DNA of 64,000 nt from Candidatus Falkowbacteria bacterium (GTDB lineage: Bacteria > Patescibacteriota > Patescibacteriia > CAIXNZ01): contig CAVZGV010000006.1 in NCBI GenBank assembly GCA_963774955.1, positions 90,855 to 154,854 of the forward strand. Reading direction: 5' to 3'. The notes beneath the pieces were generated by a model that was given only the letters and a program-made list of their open reading frames with translations, had not been told where the DNA came from and searched no databases. Below are positions 31,487 to 41,011 of this stretch, one piece after another. Each line of letters begins with the position of its first letter. Position 1 is the first letter of the stretch. A program made the position numbers and the translations under genes.

Positions 31487-33091
31487 TTACCCCCACTCAA
31501 TGGTAGCCGGCGGTTTATCGGATATATTATAAACTACCCTGCCGACTTCCCGAATTTCATTGGTCAAACGGCGAGAAACTACCATAAGAAAGTCATCCGG
31601 CAGTTTAGCCCATCGGGCTGTGAAGCCATTCACACTCCAAATAGCCCATAAAGCTAAAACATAACCGCTATTAGCGTCGTCACCCTTGGTACAAGTGGTT
31701 TCTGATTTGGTTACCACTGCTCCTGCTTGCCAAATACCGTTATAAAGTTGCCATTTATGCAACTCTTCGATGTAAATGGCATCAGCCTGACGAGCAATTG
31801 CTAATTTTTCCGCAGTAATTTCACCTTCAATCCTGACCACCAAACCCGGACCGGGAAAAGGATGACGGGTTAGCAATTCCTCTGGCACATCGATTTCTCG
31901 TCCGATATTGCGGCCGCTGTCTTTGACGCAATCGGCCAAGGGCAAAATTTCCTGAAATTCATCGCTAAATTTCAGATTGACATTGTGATGCAATTTAATT
32001 TGCGCTTTGGTCGCACCCGAAGCATAGCCGCCGCCGCTTTCAGAAATATCAGTGTAGAGAGTGCCCTGCACAATAAAAATTGCACCAAATTTACGGGCTT
32101 CAGCTTCCAGGATGTCTTTGTAAACACTACGCATAGCGACCCGCTTTTCCTTCATCGAGATTTTACCTTTTAAAACTTCCAGAAAACTGTCAGTGGCATC
32201 GACTATCAGCAATTCCAGCCAATCTTCCTGACCGAAATACTTAAGCACGTAAGCCTCATCATCAGGACGATCAATGCCTTTAATGTAAATGGCCCTGATT
32301 TGACAGTATTTACCCTGAACTGCTTCTTTCAGCAAGTAAGCAACAGAGGAAGAGTCTGAACCTCCGGAAAGAGCCAAAAGTACTTTCTGCGAACCGATTT
32401 GCTGACGCAATGACTTGATTTTTTGTTGAGCTACTTTGCCGGCTGGAAATTTGTCATTGGCTTCACAAATTTTAAAGCAGAAATTGGCAAAAATCTGCTG
32501 CCCATATTCTGTCTCAGTTACCTCAGGATGAAATTGTACTCCCCAAAGATGCCTATAGTTACCAGCGGCGACAGGTGCATTATCTGTTTCGGCTAAGACA
32601 ACCAGTTTTTGAGCGATTACTTTGTCGCCATGGCTCTCTAAAACAGGCATGGCTGTCGGGCAATTCAAAAACAATACCGACTGATTTTGAGTCTTAAGAA
32701 CATGAGTGCCAAACTCACGTTTTTTAGAACCGATGACAGAATCACCAAGATGTTTAGCCCAGAGCTGAAAACCCAGGCAAATGCCTAAAATTGGAATGCC
32801 CAAATCAAAAATCTGGCTGTCAAAAGGTGGCGGCTGTTCATAGACTGAAACCGGTCCCCCTGAAAGAATAATGCCCTTGGGGTTTACTTTGCAAACATCT
32901 TCGGCTGTGACGCTGGCTGGATCAGCCACCAGGCAAAAGACACCCAGTTTATCCAAAGCCTGTTTGATTAGATGATCAAACTGGCTGCCAAGCACAAAAA
33001 GCAAAAAGATTTCATGGGTTTGTCTGACTTTCATTTCCTCATTGATTTCAGTCAGCGACTTCTCATCCGCATGTTTCAGGGTATAAAGCAT
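31487..33091 (-). CDS. guaA: GMP synthase (glutamine-hydrolysing)
   Basis: GATase motifs ILSGGP, GICLG, QFHPEV; ATP-PPase motif LSGGSDSS; RHPFPGPGL; KPPATIEW. Confidence 0.93.
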   Translation of the reverse strand: MLYTLKHADEKSLTEINEEMKVRQTHEIFLLFVLGSQFDHLIKQALDKLGVFCLVADPASVTAEDVCKVNPKGIILSGGPVSVYEQPPPFDSQIFDLGIPILGICLGFQLWAKHLGDSVIGSKKREFGTHVLKTQNQSVLFLNCPTAMPVLESHGDKVIAQKLVVLAETDNAPVAAGNYRHLWGVQFHPEVTETEYGQQIFANFCFKICEANDKFPAGKVAQQKIKSLRQQIGSQKVLLALSGGSDSSSVAYLLKEAVQGKYCQIRAIYIKGIDRPDDEAYVLKYFGQEDWLELLIVDATDSFLEVLKGKISMKEKRVAMRSVYKDILEAEARKFGAIFIVQGTLYTDISESGGGYASGATKAQIKLHHNVNLKFSDEFQEILPLADCVKDSGRNIGREIDVPEELLTRHPFPGPGLVVRIEGEITAEKLAIARQADAIYIEELHKWQLYNGIWQAGAVVTKSETTCTKGDDANSGYVLALWAIWSVNGFTARWAKLPDDFLMVVSRRLTNEIREVGRVVYNISDKPPATIEWG

Positions 33092-33181
33092 GACTTGTTC
33101 CTCCTTGATAGATTTGCAGTTTTAAATAACAAAAAACATGGCTTAAAATTAACAAGCCATGGCTATTTTGTCAATTTTAAT

Positions 33182-33919
33182 TCAACCAAAAACCATATCC
33201 TGAGTTGGCAGGAAATTTAAGCCCATGCTTTTATCTTTAGCTTTATTGAATGAATCACGAATATATTCCTGGTCAATCTGTGCCAAGAGCTTTGCTAAAC
33301 TAATATTTTTATCAAAATTCTCAGCTGGCCAAATAACAATTTTTTCATTATAGCTTAAATAAATAAACTTGGGAGTCCTTAAAAGAAAGTTATAACCATA
33401 ATATTTTAATTGCAAATTTTCCAGGACCAGATCACCGATATTACTTTCTTCATTATATTCACCTAATAAAAATTTATCCTTGTTATTATTAGCAGGCAGT
33501 AAATTTATATAGCCAACAGCTGAAGTAATTTCATATTTAACCTGCCTTATAATATTAAGCCAATATTTAATTTCCTCAGAATCATTAGCTTCTATATTCT
33601 TTAGCCCGTATTTAATCACTGCCTTAATAACATCAATAACAATTTTATACTTAAACGGCTGCCAAAAACGTAATGCCAAATTTATATCATCTCGGAATTT
33701 AAAAAAATGTTTATTATTATTAAACCATTTAATTTCACCAAATTTACGATTGTGTTCATTAACTATTTGGTTCAAATTAGTTTTATCAATATCAATAAAT
33801 TCCTCTTCTTCAAATAATCCTAGCGGTTGTGTTTTAGGCACCAAAAAATAGCCGGTTATATTTGCGCATAAAACCGCGTAAAATATAGATTCAAATTTGT
33901 CAGAATATTTAATGATCAT
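33182..33919 (-). CDS. DUF4130-like putative DNA metabolism protein (divergent)
   Basis: GLFEE, LALRF and RQVKYEITSAVGYI resemble the DUF4130 pattern; lies downstream of lexA on the same strand. Confidence 0.5.
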   Translation of the reverse strand: MIIKYSDKFESIFYAVLCANITGYFLVPKTQPLGLFEEEEFIDIDKTNLNQIVNEHNRKFGEIKWFNNNKHFFKFRDDINLALRFWQPFKYKIVIDVIKAVIKYGLKNIEANDSEEIKYWLNIIRQVKYEITSAVGYINLLPANNNKDKFLLGEYNEESNIGDLVLENLQLKYYGYNFLLRTPKFIYLSYNEKIVIWPAENFDKNISLAKLLAQIDQEYIRDSFNKAKDKSMGLNFLPTQDMVFG

Positions 33920-34165
33920 AAGACTAGAACTCGGCTGGAATCAATAACCGCAAATGCCCATAATATTCGCAGAGTAAATTCCAGCCGGTTGTAATTATTT
34001 AATTTCCCCCTATTTAATATAATAGGGTCCATTTATGTTTATTAAATTGTTCTTGTAAAAAAAATCAATTCAAAAAAACTTACTAATACTTTACGATAAA
34101 TTGCTTTTTGTTTTCGGCTCATAATATATATTGATTAATAATTAATAAACTGTTATATTAATAAA

Positions 34166-34270
34166 AAGAGAGGCTTATTGCAAAATAAGTTTAGTCACTG
34201 GGTCCTAACCAGATGACTATTAATTCTCGACGAACGAAATTCACTCCGGAAACGGGGTGAGTTTTGTTTT
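34166..34270 (+). ncRNA. Candidate small structured RNA
   Basis: TTGATT-N17-TATATT promoter (34131-34159), GCAA-tetraloop hairpin, second hairpin, GC-rich terminator with T-tract, no ORF. Confidence 0.4.
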
Positions 34271-34321
34271 GGGAGGGGGAAAACTTAACTCACCCGTTAT
34301 TCCAAAGTTATCTTAATAATA

Positions 34322-34927
34322 TTAAGCGTAACTATATTTTCTAATTACGGCTCTGACAACGCCCTGAACAGTAACATTTTTGGCGAAAATCGGTTTCATC
34401 GTGGAATTGGCCGGCTGTAACCTGATCCGATTAGCTTCTTTATAAAATTTCTTCAGGGTGGCAAAAGAATTATCCAGCAAAGCCACAACTACTTGTCCGT
34501 TAGCCGGATGTTCATTTTTTTCCACCACCACATAATCGCCATCAAATATACCTTCATCTATCATTGACTGGCCTTTAACCTTCAAAACATAAGATTGGGA
34601 CTCATTTTTTACCAAATCAGCAGGCACCGCAATTTTATCCTTCTGTTCCACTGCCTCAATCGGCTGACCAGCGGTAATTAAACCGGCTAAAGCTAGAAAC
34701 ACGGCTGAAGCCTTTTCATTTTCTATAACTTCAATAGATCTGGCTTCATTAGGATCGATTTTTAAATAGCCCTTTTCTTGTAAAGTCTGGATATGCTCAC
34801 AAACGGTGGCCGTTGAAGATAGTCCGAAGTGATCGCCGATTTCACGATAACTCGGTGAATATCCATATTCGGCCACAAAGGCGTTAATGTAATCGATTAT
34901 TTCTTTTTGTCTTTTGGTAAGGCTCAT
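34322..34927 (-). CDS. lexA: SOS repressor LexA
   Basis: LTKRQ...YGYSPSYREI wHTH, AG cleavage site, catalytic Ser in GQSM and Lys in ATLKK. Confidence 0.96.
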   Translation of the reverse strand: MSLTKRQKEIIDYINAFVAEYGYSPSYREIGDHFGLSSTATVCEHIQTLQEKGYLKIDPNEARSIEVIENEKASAVFLALAGLITAGQPIEAVEQKDKIAVPADLVKNESQSYVLKVKGQSMIDEGIFDGDYVVVEKNEHPANGQVVVALLDNSFATLKKFYKEANRIRLQPANSTMKPIFAKNVTVQGVVRAVIRKYSYA

Positions 34928-34960
34928 AATTTTATTGGTTATGATATAAGGATTTAATTA

Positions 34961-35397
34961 TTGATTCTAGGTTTTAGATTTTAGGTTTTAGAGTGTTTCT
35001 TTATTTAACCGAGCGAATCCACGCATTTAACATTTTACCTGCTTCATTCGCTAATCCAATTGCTTTATTATAATTTTCTTTTAGTAGATAGTTTAAATCG
35101 AAACTTAACAACAATTGGTATTTCAATTCCTCCAAAGAACCCATTGAGTATGAATAAAATACAAATTTATCTTTTCCCCTACGTCTAAATCCTTCGGAAA
35201 TATTTGACGGTACAGACACCGCAGCTCTTCTCATTTGTGAAACCAAGCCAAATTGTTCATCCTTAGGAAATTCCATAGTTATTTTATATACCAGTAAGGT
35301 TAACTCGTGCGCCCGTTGCCAAACTCTTAAATTTTGAATTGAGTTTAAATCAGTCATATTTTACTAAGATCTAAAATCTAGAATCTAAAATCCAATC
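34961..35397. repeat. Inverted heptamer-repeat arms flanking the four-helix-bundle gene
   Basis: GATTCTAGGTTTTAGATTTTAGGTTTTAGA (34963-34991) is complementary to TCTAAAATCTAGAATCTAAAATC (35370-35392). Confidence 0.8.
35001..35357 (-). CDS. Four helix bundle protein (23S rRNA intervening-sequence protein family)
   Basis: LRVWQRAH, FPKDEQFGLVSQMRRAAVSVPSNISEG, GSLEELKYQL. Confidence 0.93.
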   Translation of the reverse strand: MTDLNSIQNLRVWQRAHELTLLVYKITMEFPKDEQFGLVSQMRRAAVSVPSNISEGFRRRGKDKFVFYSYSMGSLEELKYQLLLSFDLNYLLKENYNKAIGLANEAGKMLNAWIRSVK

Positions 35398-35402
35398 ACC
35401 AA

Positions 35403-35462
35403 CCGAACAACAACCGAATGATTTTATACTGGTAGTATAACCGAACAAAAACCGAGTGTCAA
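35403..35462 (-). promoter_or_regulatory. lexA-operon promoter with two direct-repeat LexA boxes (TTCGG-N6-TTCGG)
   Basis: TTGACA-N17-TATACT; CTCGG-TTTTTG-TTCGG fills the spacer and TTCGG-TTGTTG-TTCGG lies downstream of the -10. Confidence 0.75.
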
Positions 35463-35559
35463 GAGTCAGTTATCCACAACGGACTAGAACTCGCCTTTGC
35501 TCGTTCAGTCCGCTGCACGCATAATAAAAAACCGGTCAATTACGACCGATTTTTATTCC

Positions 35560-35634
35560 CTATTTCTTCTTCTTTTTAGCTACTTTCTTTTTGGGAGCGC
35601 ATTTCATTTTTGCGCCGCAACAACCACATGGCAT
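35560..35634 (-). CDS. Cys/Lys-rich micro-peptide MPCGCCGAKMKCAPKKKVAKKKKK
   Basis: 24-aa ORF read by hand, downstream of the DUF389 gene and followed by a terminator (35525-35555). Confidence 0.5.
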   Translation of the reverse strand: MPCGCCGAKMKCAPKKKVAKKKKK

Positions 35635-35678
35635 AAGCTTTAAGTTAAAAGTTAAAAATCAAAAATTATAGTAAATAT

Positions 35679-36383
35679 TTAAACTTGTCCCTTGGAGTCT
35701 TTTTTTACTTCCTCAAATTGTTTTTCCTCTGCCTTTAACTCTTGTTCAGCAACCTTTTTGACCGGATAAAAACCAAAGAGTGAAAAAAGAACCAAACTCC
35801 CGAGTAAAATACCGGCCAGGTTAACTAAAAAAAGAGATAAAGATCCGGCCAAAATATCCCAGCGAAAATAGGCCACACCAATACCCATGACTGACAAAGG
35901 TGGTAATAAGGCAATAGCTACGGCGACACCGACAATTCTTTCTGACAGTTCTTCCTTGGAAAAAGACATGGCCGCGGCGATACCTGAGGCCAAAGCAACA
36001 GCAAAATAAATCAGGTTAGGAGTAGCCCGAGATACGATTTCATTATTTATTTCCTTATTAACTATAAAAACACCGATTACAAAACCGATTACTACTACAA
36101 AAATTAAAGCCAACAAAAGAACCCTTAATGATCTTAAAATTAATTTGGAATCAGCCATAACAATGCCCATGCTAATGGCTAAAATCGGTGAAAGCAATGG
36201 TGAAACCAGCATACCGCCGATCACAATCGGAATATTATCTATAATAATGCCAAAAGTCGTAATCAGGGCTGAAATAATTAAAACCAGGAAAAAAGACTGA
36301 GTTGGCGAACTAGAATTGATCAGTTTTTCAATAACCAGTTTTTTTTGTTCCGGGGTTATACTTAATAAAGAAATATTTATCAT
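35679..36383 (-). CDS. DUF389 / TIGR00341-family membrane protein
   Basis: VIGGMLVSPLLSPI, EIVSRATPN, VGVAVAIALLPPL. Confidence 0.88.
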   Translation of the reverse strand: MINISLLSITPEQKKLVIEKLINSSSPTQSFFLVLIISALITTFGIIIDNIPIVIGGMLVSPLLSPILAISMGIVMADSKLILRSLRVLLLALIFVVVIGFVIGVFIVNKEINNEIVSRATPNLIYFAVALASGIAAAMSFSKEELSERIVGVAVAIALLPPLSVMGIGVAYFRWDILAGSLSLFLVNLAGILLGSLVLFSLFGFYPVKKVAEQELKAEEKQFEEVKKDSKGQV

Positions 36384-36477
36384 AATTTCAAGTTATTTTT
36401 AGACTTTCTTTAATTATAGCAAAAATCTTGACAAAGTACTATTTTTCAGCTAACTTATATATATTAAGGGGGTAAAG

Positions 36478-36696
36478 ATGGCCACGAAAAGTAAAAAAAA
36501 CAGGCCTAAAAGTAATGAGTTCAAAAAACCAGGCAAAAAACGGCGTAAATCAAAAAAGGGTTGTTTGCGCTGTGATAAAGATTTTAAATCTCAGGGTATT
36601 TACAACCGGATTTGTCCTGAATGCCGCACCAGCAATGAAAAAGTATCTCCTTATGCCTTGCCGGAAAATTATCCGGTGCATCAACCTGAAAAATAG
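36478..36696 (+). CDS. Small basic zinc-finger protein
   Basis: CLRC.K.F.S.GIYNRICPEC with a Lys-rich N-terminus. Confidence 0.7.
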   Translation: MATKSKKNRPKSNEFKKPGKKRRKSKKGCLRCDKDFKSQGIYNRICPECRTSNEKVSPYALPENYPVHQPEK

Positions 36697-36941
36697 GAGG
36701 AGTTATGCCACGCGGCCGTAAACCGAAAAGAAAAAACTGGGTCGAGAAAAAACAACCTCCCAGCCAAACTTGCCAAAACTGTGGCCGAAAATTCTGGCCC
36801 AAAACCGACAGTGATACCTGCTTATTGTGCTTGAATGGGATCATTAAACCACAGGGTAAAAATATTCCTGTACTCACAGAATTAGACAAGGCTAAACAGG
36901 AAAATCAAAAAGACAAACGCCCCTGCCTGCGTTGTCAAAGG

Positions 36942-38010
36942 GGGTATAAGGGGTCCAAACTGGTTGGTGAATTAATGATTTTTGAAATGAATATACCAGC
37001 TAAAGTAATTGTTTCTGTTATCTTTGCTTAATCCTGAATGCTGGCGATACAATCTTTTTAAACGAGAAAAATATCCTTCAAGTTTATTCGTTGATTTGGC
37101 GATATTCGGATTATCTAAATAATGGAACATGTCGGGCAAGGCATGAATTACTAAGCTTCTAGTTCTTTGCAAATCACTAAAGACTTTGTGGTTACAGTCG
37201 AGTCTTGAAACCGCTTTGCCGAATTTTCTTTCCCACTTATGAAAATCTGAAATAAATTTATGTTTTTCCGGATAATTGTTAATGTTTGTTACCGCCAGTA
37301 ATATCTTGCGTAATTGTATCGATGGCTCCAGTTTAGGACGCATTCTTAACCAAGATAATCCCTGCCTCTGGATATGAACGATACAGCGCTGTATTACGAT
37401 ATTCGGCCATGCGTCCTTTAAGGCTCTAATTACGCTAGTATTACCGTCAATTGTAATGGCTGTAGGCTTGATTCCTTTATCTGACAGCTCCTTGAACAGC
37501 TCAAGGGCGGCAAAGTAATTTTCACGCCTTAAATACCTATTTGTGATGATTTGGCCATTGGCATTATTCATTGCCAGCATTAAGCAATTCATGCGGTGGA
37601 AATATGTACCATCAAAAAGCAGATATTTTATTCCGGTTTGTACGTTTAAAGGGCTCGGTAATTTTGCGAGCCAATAACTGATTATTCCCTTAATTGTTTT
37701 CCTGCTGTGGTGGCTAATTCCCGAAATTTGCCTGACTGAATATCCTTCGGCTATCCATAATTTAAACCATTTAAGTTGGCGGTTCAATTTATTCTTTGCA
37801 TTGCGGAAAACAAACAGTCGATTGCACTTCCCGCACTTGAATCTTTGCCGTCCGCAATCATTTTGGCCATAAAAAATTACATTATTAGAGGAGCAATCTG
37901 GACAAGTTTTTTTTCATAATATTGAACCAGTTTAATATTAAGTATCAATTTTAATCTAACCTTAACAGAAATTTTGTCTTTTCACCAACCAGTTTGGGTA
38001 CCATTTACCC
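36942..38010 (-). mobile_element. IS256/Mutator-like insertion sequence, 1069 bp
   Basis: 30-bp imperfect terminal inverted repeats GGGTA...CCAAACTGGTTGGTGAA; AAAGG direct repeat at 36937-36941 and 38011-38015. Confidence 0.92.
36972..37917 (-). CDS. DDE transposase with N-terminal zinc ribbon; start offset by an A8 run
   Basis: FDGT, TIDG, QRCIVH, STNKLEG; the frame stays open upstream of 37787 through CPDC...CGKC. Confidence 0.88.
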
Positions 38011-38210
38011 AAAGGGACTTTGACTCCGAAGGCATATATAATCGCATTTGTCCTGCTTGCCGCGAAACCAACAGCCACAAAGCTGATGATTTCAATGATT
38101 CTGCAGCGGCCGAATCATTATTTAACCGCTGGCAAAGGTAAGCTCCTCAATTAACTGATTGAGGAGCTTTTTTATTTTTGGTTACAAAAAAGTAAGAACC
38201 GTCAGGCTTA

Positions 38211-39881
38211 TTAATTAACCGATGCAATAGAATTAAGATGCTGCAACTCACCCGCATTAAAAATCAAGACTTCCATTGGTTCCTCCCCTGTCTTAATAAA
38301 ATTATCGGCCTGATCCTTAAAAATGAGTCTGATAGTGTTTGAAGTGTAATTTCGGTAATTGTAATTCCAAAGTTCAACAATATGATCATTTGTTTCCCGA
38401 CGGTCAAAGCCAGTCACCCAATTTTTATGATCAAAGGTCTCGGCAATATAACCGCCGGTTGGATATGATCCCCAATATAAAATTTTACTCTGATAATTTT
38501 TCAAAGTTAACCGCAGATAAGCATTTAAATGTTCTGCGCTGATTTGCTTGTCCGGATAAAATAACTCAATCGCCAGTTCAATGCCATTGCGTAAAACCTG
38601 AGCGCCTTCCAAATTATCAGGCAGGCCAACAAAAAGCAACTTTTGTTCCGATTGATTCAGATTAACTGCCCGTGGTAAATCATGGCGGATAATTTTTTCC
38701 GATAAATCAGCCGCAGTCTGCCAATTATAATTTTTATTGATCAAATTAGCCGTAAAATATAACAACAACAACGCTAAAATAATTTTTCCAGCTATTTTAT
38801 ATCTTTGCAACTGCCAAATCAAAAGACTCAACAAAATACAAAAAATTACCGAGGCCAGATAGACATAGCGCTCCCCCTCATCGCTTAAGTCATTATAATT
38901 CAATAGAAGTACCGGCAGAATTATTATTAAAAAAACGTCAAAGAGCAAAGCAACTTTAAACCCATATTTTTTAAGCGCCAACCAAATTAAACCCATAACT
39001 AACATTAGCACAGAACAAAAAATCAAGGCGTTATACGTAAAAAAGTCCGTTAGATAAACGCGCGCCTGGCCATAGAAGCCTAAATTAACAATTAAAGAAA
39101 CAAACATTTTGAACAGCTTAAACGCATGCAATTGAAATTTTTCCTGGGCATAATAACCGAACGCCAAGCCAATAGCATTATATCTGACAAAAAAATAACC
39201 AATAACCAAGGCCCAATAACCAAATGGCTTTAATATTATATCCTGCCAGCGGAATTTATTAACCGTAATTGCTTCATACAATTCCCAAACTACGATTAAC
39301 AGCGGCAAAGTGATTACAAATTCCTTAGTTAACAAACCGACAATAAAGCTAGCCACGGAAATCAAAAGCCAGGAAAATTTCAATTTTTGCCTGAACAAGA
39401 TATAACCGTAAAACGCCAATAAGTAAAAAAAAGTTGCCATGGGATCAGCCACGGCCGCAATCCAGATCACGGCTTCGGAGTGATTGGGCAAAAGACTGAA
39501 AAATAAGGCCGCTAAAATCCCGATTTTTTGTTTATGTTCAGATTGTTCAAACAAAAGTAAAACCAGCAAATAAACCAAGAAGCAAACGCCGATATGAAAT
39601 ATTAAATTAGTCAGATGATAAGGTAAGGGATTCAAACCACCAATTTGATAGTTAAGCCAGAAAACCACATTAACCATGGGCCTGTAACTGCCGCCCACGC
39701 CCTGCTCACCATAGTAATTGGCTGTAAAATAGTCTCCCAGGCTATGCTGGCTGGTCTGGGTATTATATAGCCAGTCAAAGTCGTCGGACACGAAAAAATC
39801 GTTCAGATTAACAAAATAAAGGCCTAAATTAATGACAATAAGACCTAAGAGTACCCAAAGATGGATTTTGTTGAATTTCAT
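38211..39881 (-). CDS. GT-C membrane glycosyltransferase (TMTC/PMT-like)
   Basis: SDD, YRP, YHLTNL..H, HSEAVIWI, TKE, ERYVYL; many TMs. Confidence 0.82.
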   Translation of the reverse strand: MKFNKIHLWVLLGLIVINLGLYFVNLNDFFVSDDFDWLYNTQTSQHSLGDYFTANYYGEQGVGGSYRPMVNVVFWLNYQIGGLNPLPYHLTNLIFHIGVCFLVYLLVLLLFEQSEHKQKIGILAALFFSLLPNHSEAVIWIAAVADPMATFFYLLAFYGYILFRQKLKFSWLLISVASFIVGLLTKEFVITLPLLIVVWELYEAITVNKFRWQDIILKPFGYWALVIGYFFVRYNAIGLAFGYYAQEKFQLHAFKLFKMFVSLIVNLGFYGQARVYLTDFFTYNALIFCSVLMLVMGLIWLALKKYGFKVALLFDVFLIIILPVLLLNYNDLSDEGERYVYLASVIFCILLSLLIWQLQRYKIAGKIILALLLLYFTANLINKNYNWQTAADLSEKIIRHDLPRAVNLNQSEQKLLFVGLPDNLEGAQVLRNGIELAIELFYPDKQISAEHLNAYLRLTLKNYQSKILYWGSYPTGGYIAETFDHKNWVTGFDRRETNDHIVELWNYNYRNYTSNTIRLIFKDQADNFIKTGEEPMEVLIFNAGELQHLNSIASVN

Positions 39882-39888
39882 AGGGAGG

Positions 39889-39972
39889 TTACAAATCTAC
39901 AAATATTATACAAATGATTACAAATACATCACTAATTTATATTTATTTGTAACTGATTTGTATATTTGTAGC
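39889..39972. repeat. Imperfect palindrome of TACAAAT / ATTTGTA units
   Basis: TTACAAATCTACAAAT...TACAAATGATTACAAAT followed by ATTTGTAACTGATTTGTATATTTGTAG; same architecture as 4976-5054. Confidence 0.7.
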
Positions 39973-40207
39973 TATATTATACCAAATCCTTGCCTTTTCC
40001 CCTACTTTATATTCAGGCAGGCTTCTTGTAGTAATAATTGACAATTGCATTAAAATGTGTTATGATTAGGGGAAATAGTTAATTTGAGCAAGATTTTAAA
40101 ATAGAGAAAGTTGTTTTTCCACTAGAATTACAGACAAAGTCATTGAATAGCGCATATGAGCGCCAATCAGCAAAACCTCGAAAAAGCCAATTGAAAGGAG
40201 CTTGAGA

Positions 40208-40813
40208 ATGAATACCGCGGAAGATACGATGAAAAAGCTGGACAGACTGCTTGAAGATACCCTGCCTGATGATTGTACGGCAAGGGGTATAGGGGCTTCC
40301 ATTATTGTTAATGAGTGCCTAGACGCTTTCTTGCAAGAAAAAGGCTGGGCTCGTGATAGCATGGGAGCAGTGACCCTGTTCGCTTCAATCATCAACCAGG
40401 GCGGGTGGAAAATCCCGAAACACATTCATGATCGAGTCTGTCGTTGTCAGCAACAGCGTCAACCTAGGACCCGCGAGCAGATCATGGCGCCGATGTGGTC
40501 TCTAATCGAAGAGTGGGGTCTCCCGACCAAGGAAGAGCCGAAAACCGAAAACGGCGTTACCTATTACACGGAAGCCGCCGGAAGCAGGAAAACCCCATTA
40601 ATCGAGATCAAGTTTTTCAAAGGTGGACAGGCGTATCACCAGGCAAAATACAATGGTATGGCCACTTTTTATCCGGAAGAAGGAACCTGGCATACGTACG
40701 TCTCCTATCCGGATCCAACGGATGAAAATTACCGCAAGGGAGATTATCTGCCTTCAACCAAAGATCGTGAAGAAGCCATTCGGATCGTTCTCGAAGCGGT
40801 CCAAAAAATGTAA
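40208..40813 (+). CDS. Hypothetical protein (higher GC than flanks)
   Basis: AAAGGAG site, upstream TTGACA promoter, downstream terminator. Confidence 0.65.
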   Translation: MNTAEDTMKKLDRLLEDTLPDDCTARGIGASIIVNECLDAFLQEKGWARDSMGAVTLFASIINQGGWKIPKHIHDRVCRCQQQRQPRTREQIMAPMWSLIEEWGLPTKEEPKTENGVTYYTEAAGSRKTPLIEIKFFKGGQAYHQAKYNGMATFYPEEGTWHTYVSYPDPTDENYRKGDYLPSTKDREEAIRIVLEAVQKM

Positions 40814-41011
40814 ACAACAAGGGTGTCTGTCAGGCGACAGGCACCCTTTTCAATTTTTAATATTATTAAGGCATAAAGCGTGATTGAATAATAAGATGGT
40901 GAGTTTAGAATTCCGTGCTGGCTTGACAAAAATCAAATAAATTGATATATTTAATAGTCCAAAAAAGGATGTAATTTTTAAATTCAAAACTGAAACGAGG
41001 AGGAGAAAAAA

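Larger units (their letters stand above)
36705..38141 (+). pseudogene. Double zinc-finger gene interrupted by the IS
   Basis: Joining 36705-36941 to 38016-38141 restores ...CLRCQRDFDSEGIYNRICPAC...WQR-stop, paralogous to the upstream gene. Confidence 0.85.

Noticed and set aside
33916-34123. Two tiny ORFs (38 and 26 aa) upstream of the DUF4130-like gene
   Set aside because: No SD site or motifs; the 38-aa ORF coincides with an inverted repeat, so coding status is unsupported.
35001-35357. Diversity-generating retroelement (Avd-like protein)
   Set aside because: No reverse transcriptase or template/variable repeat pair was seen; the motifs and flanking heptamers fit the IVS four-helix-bundle family.
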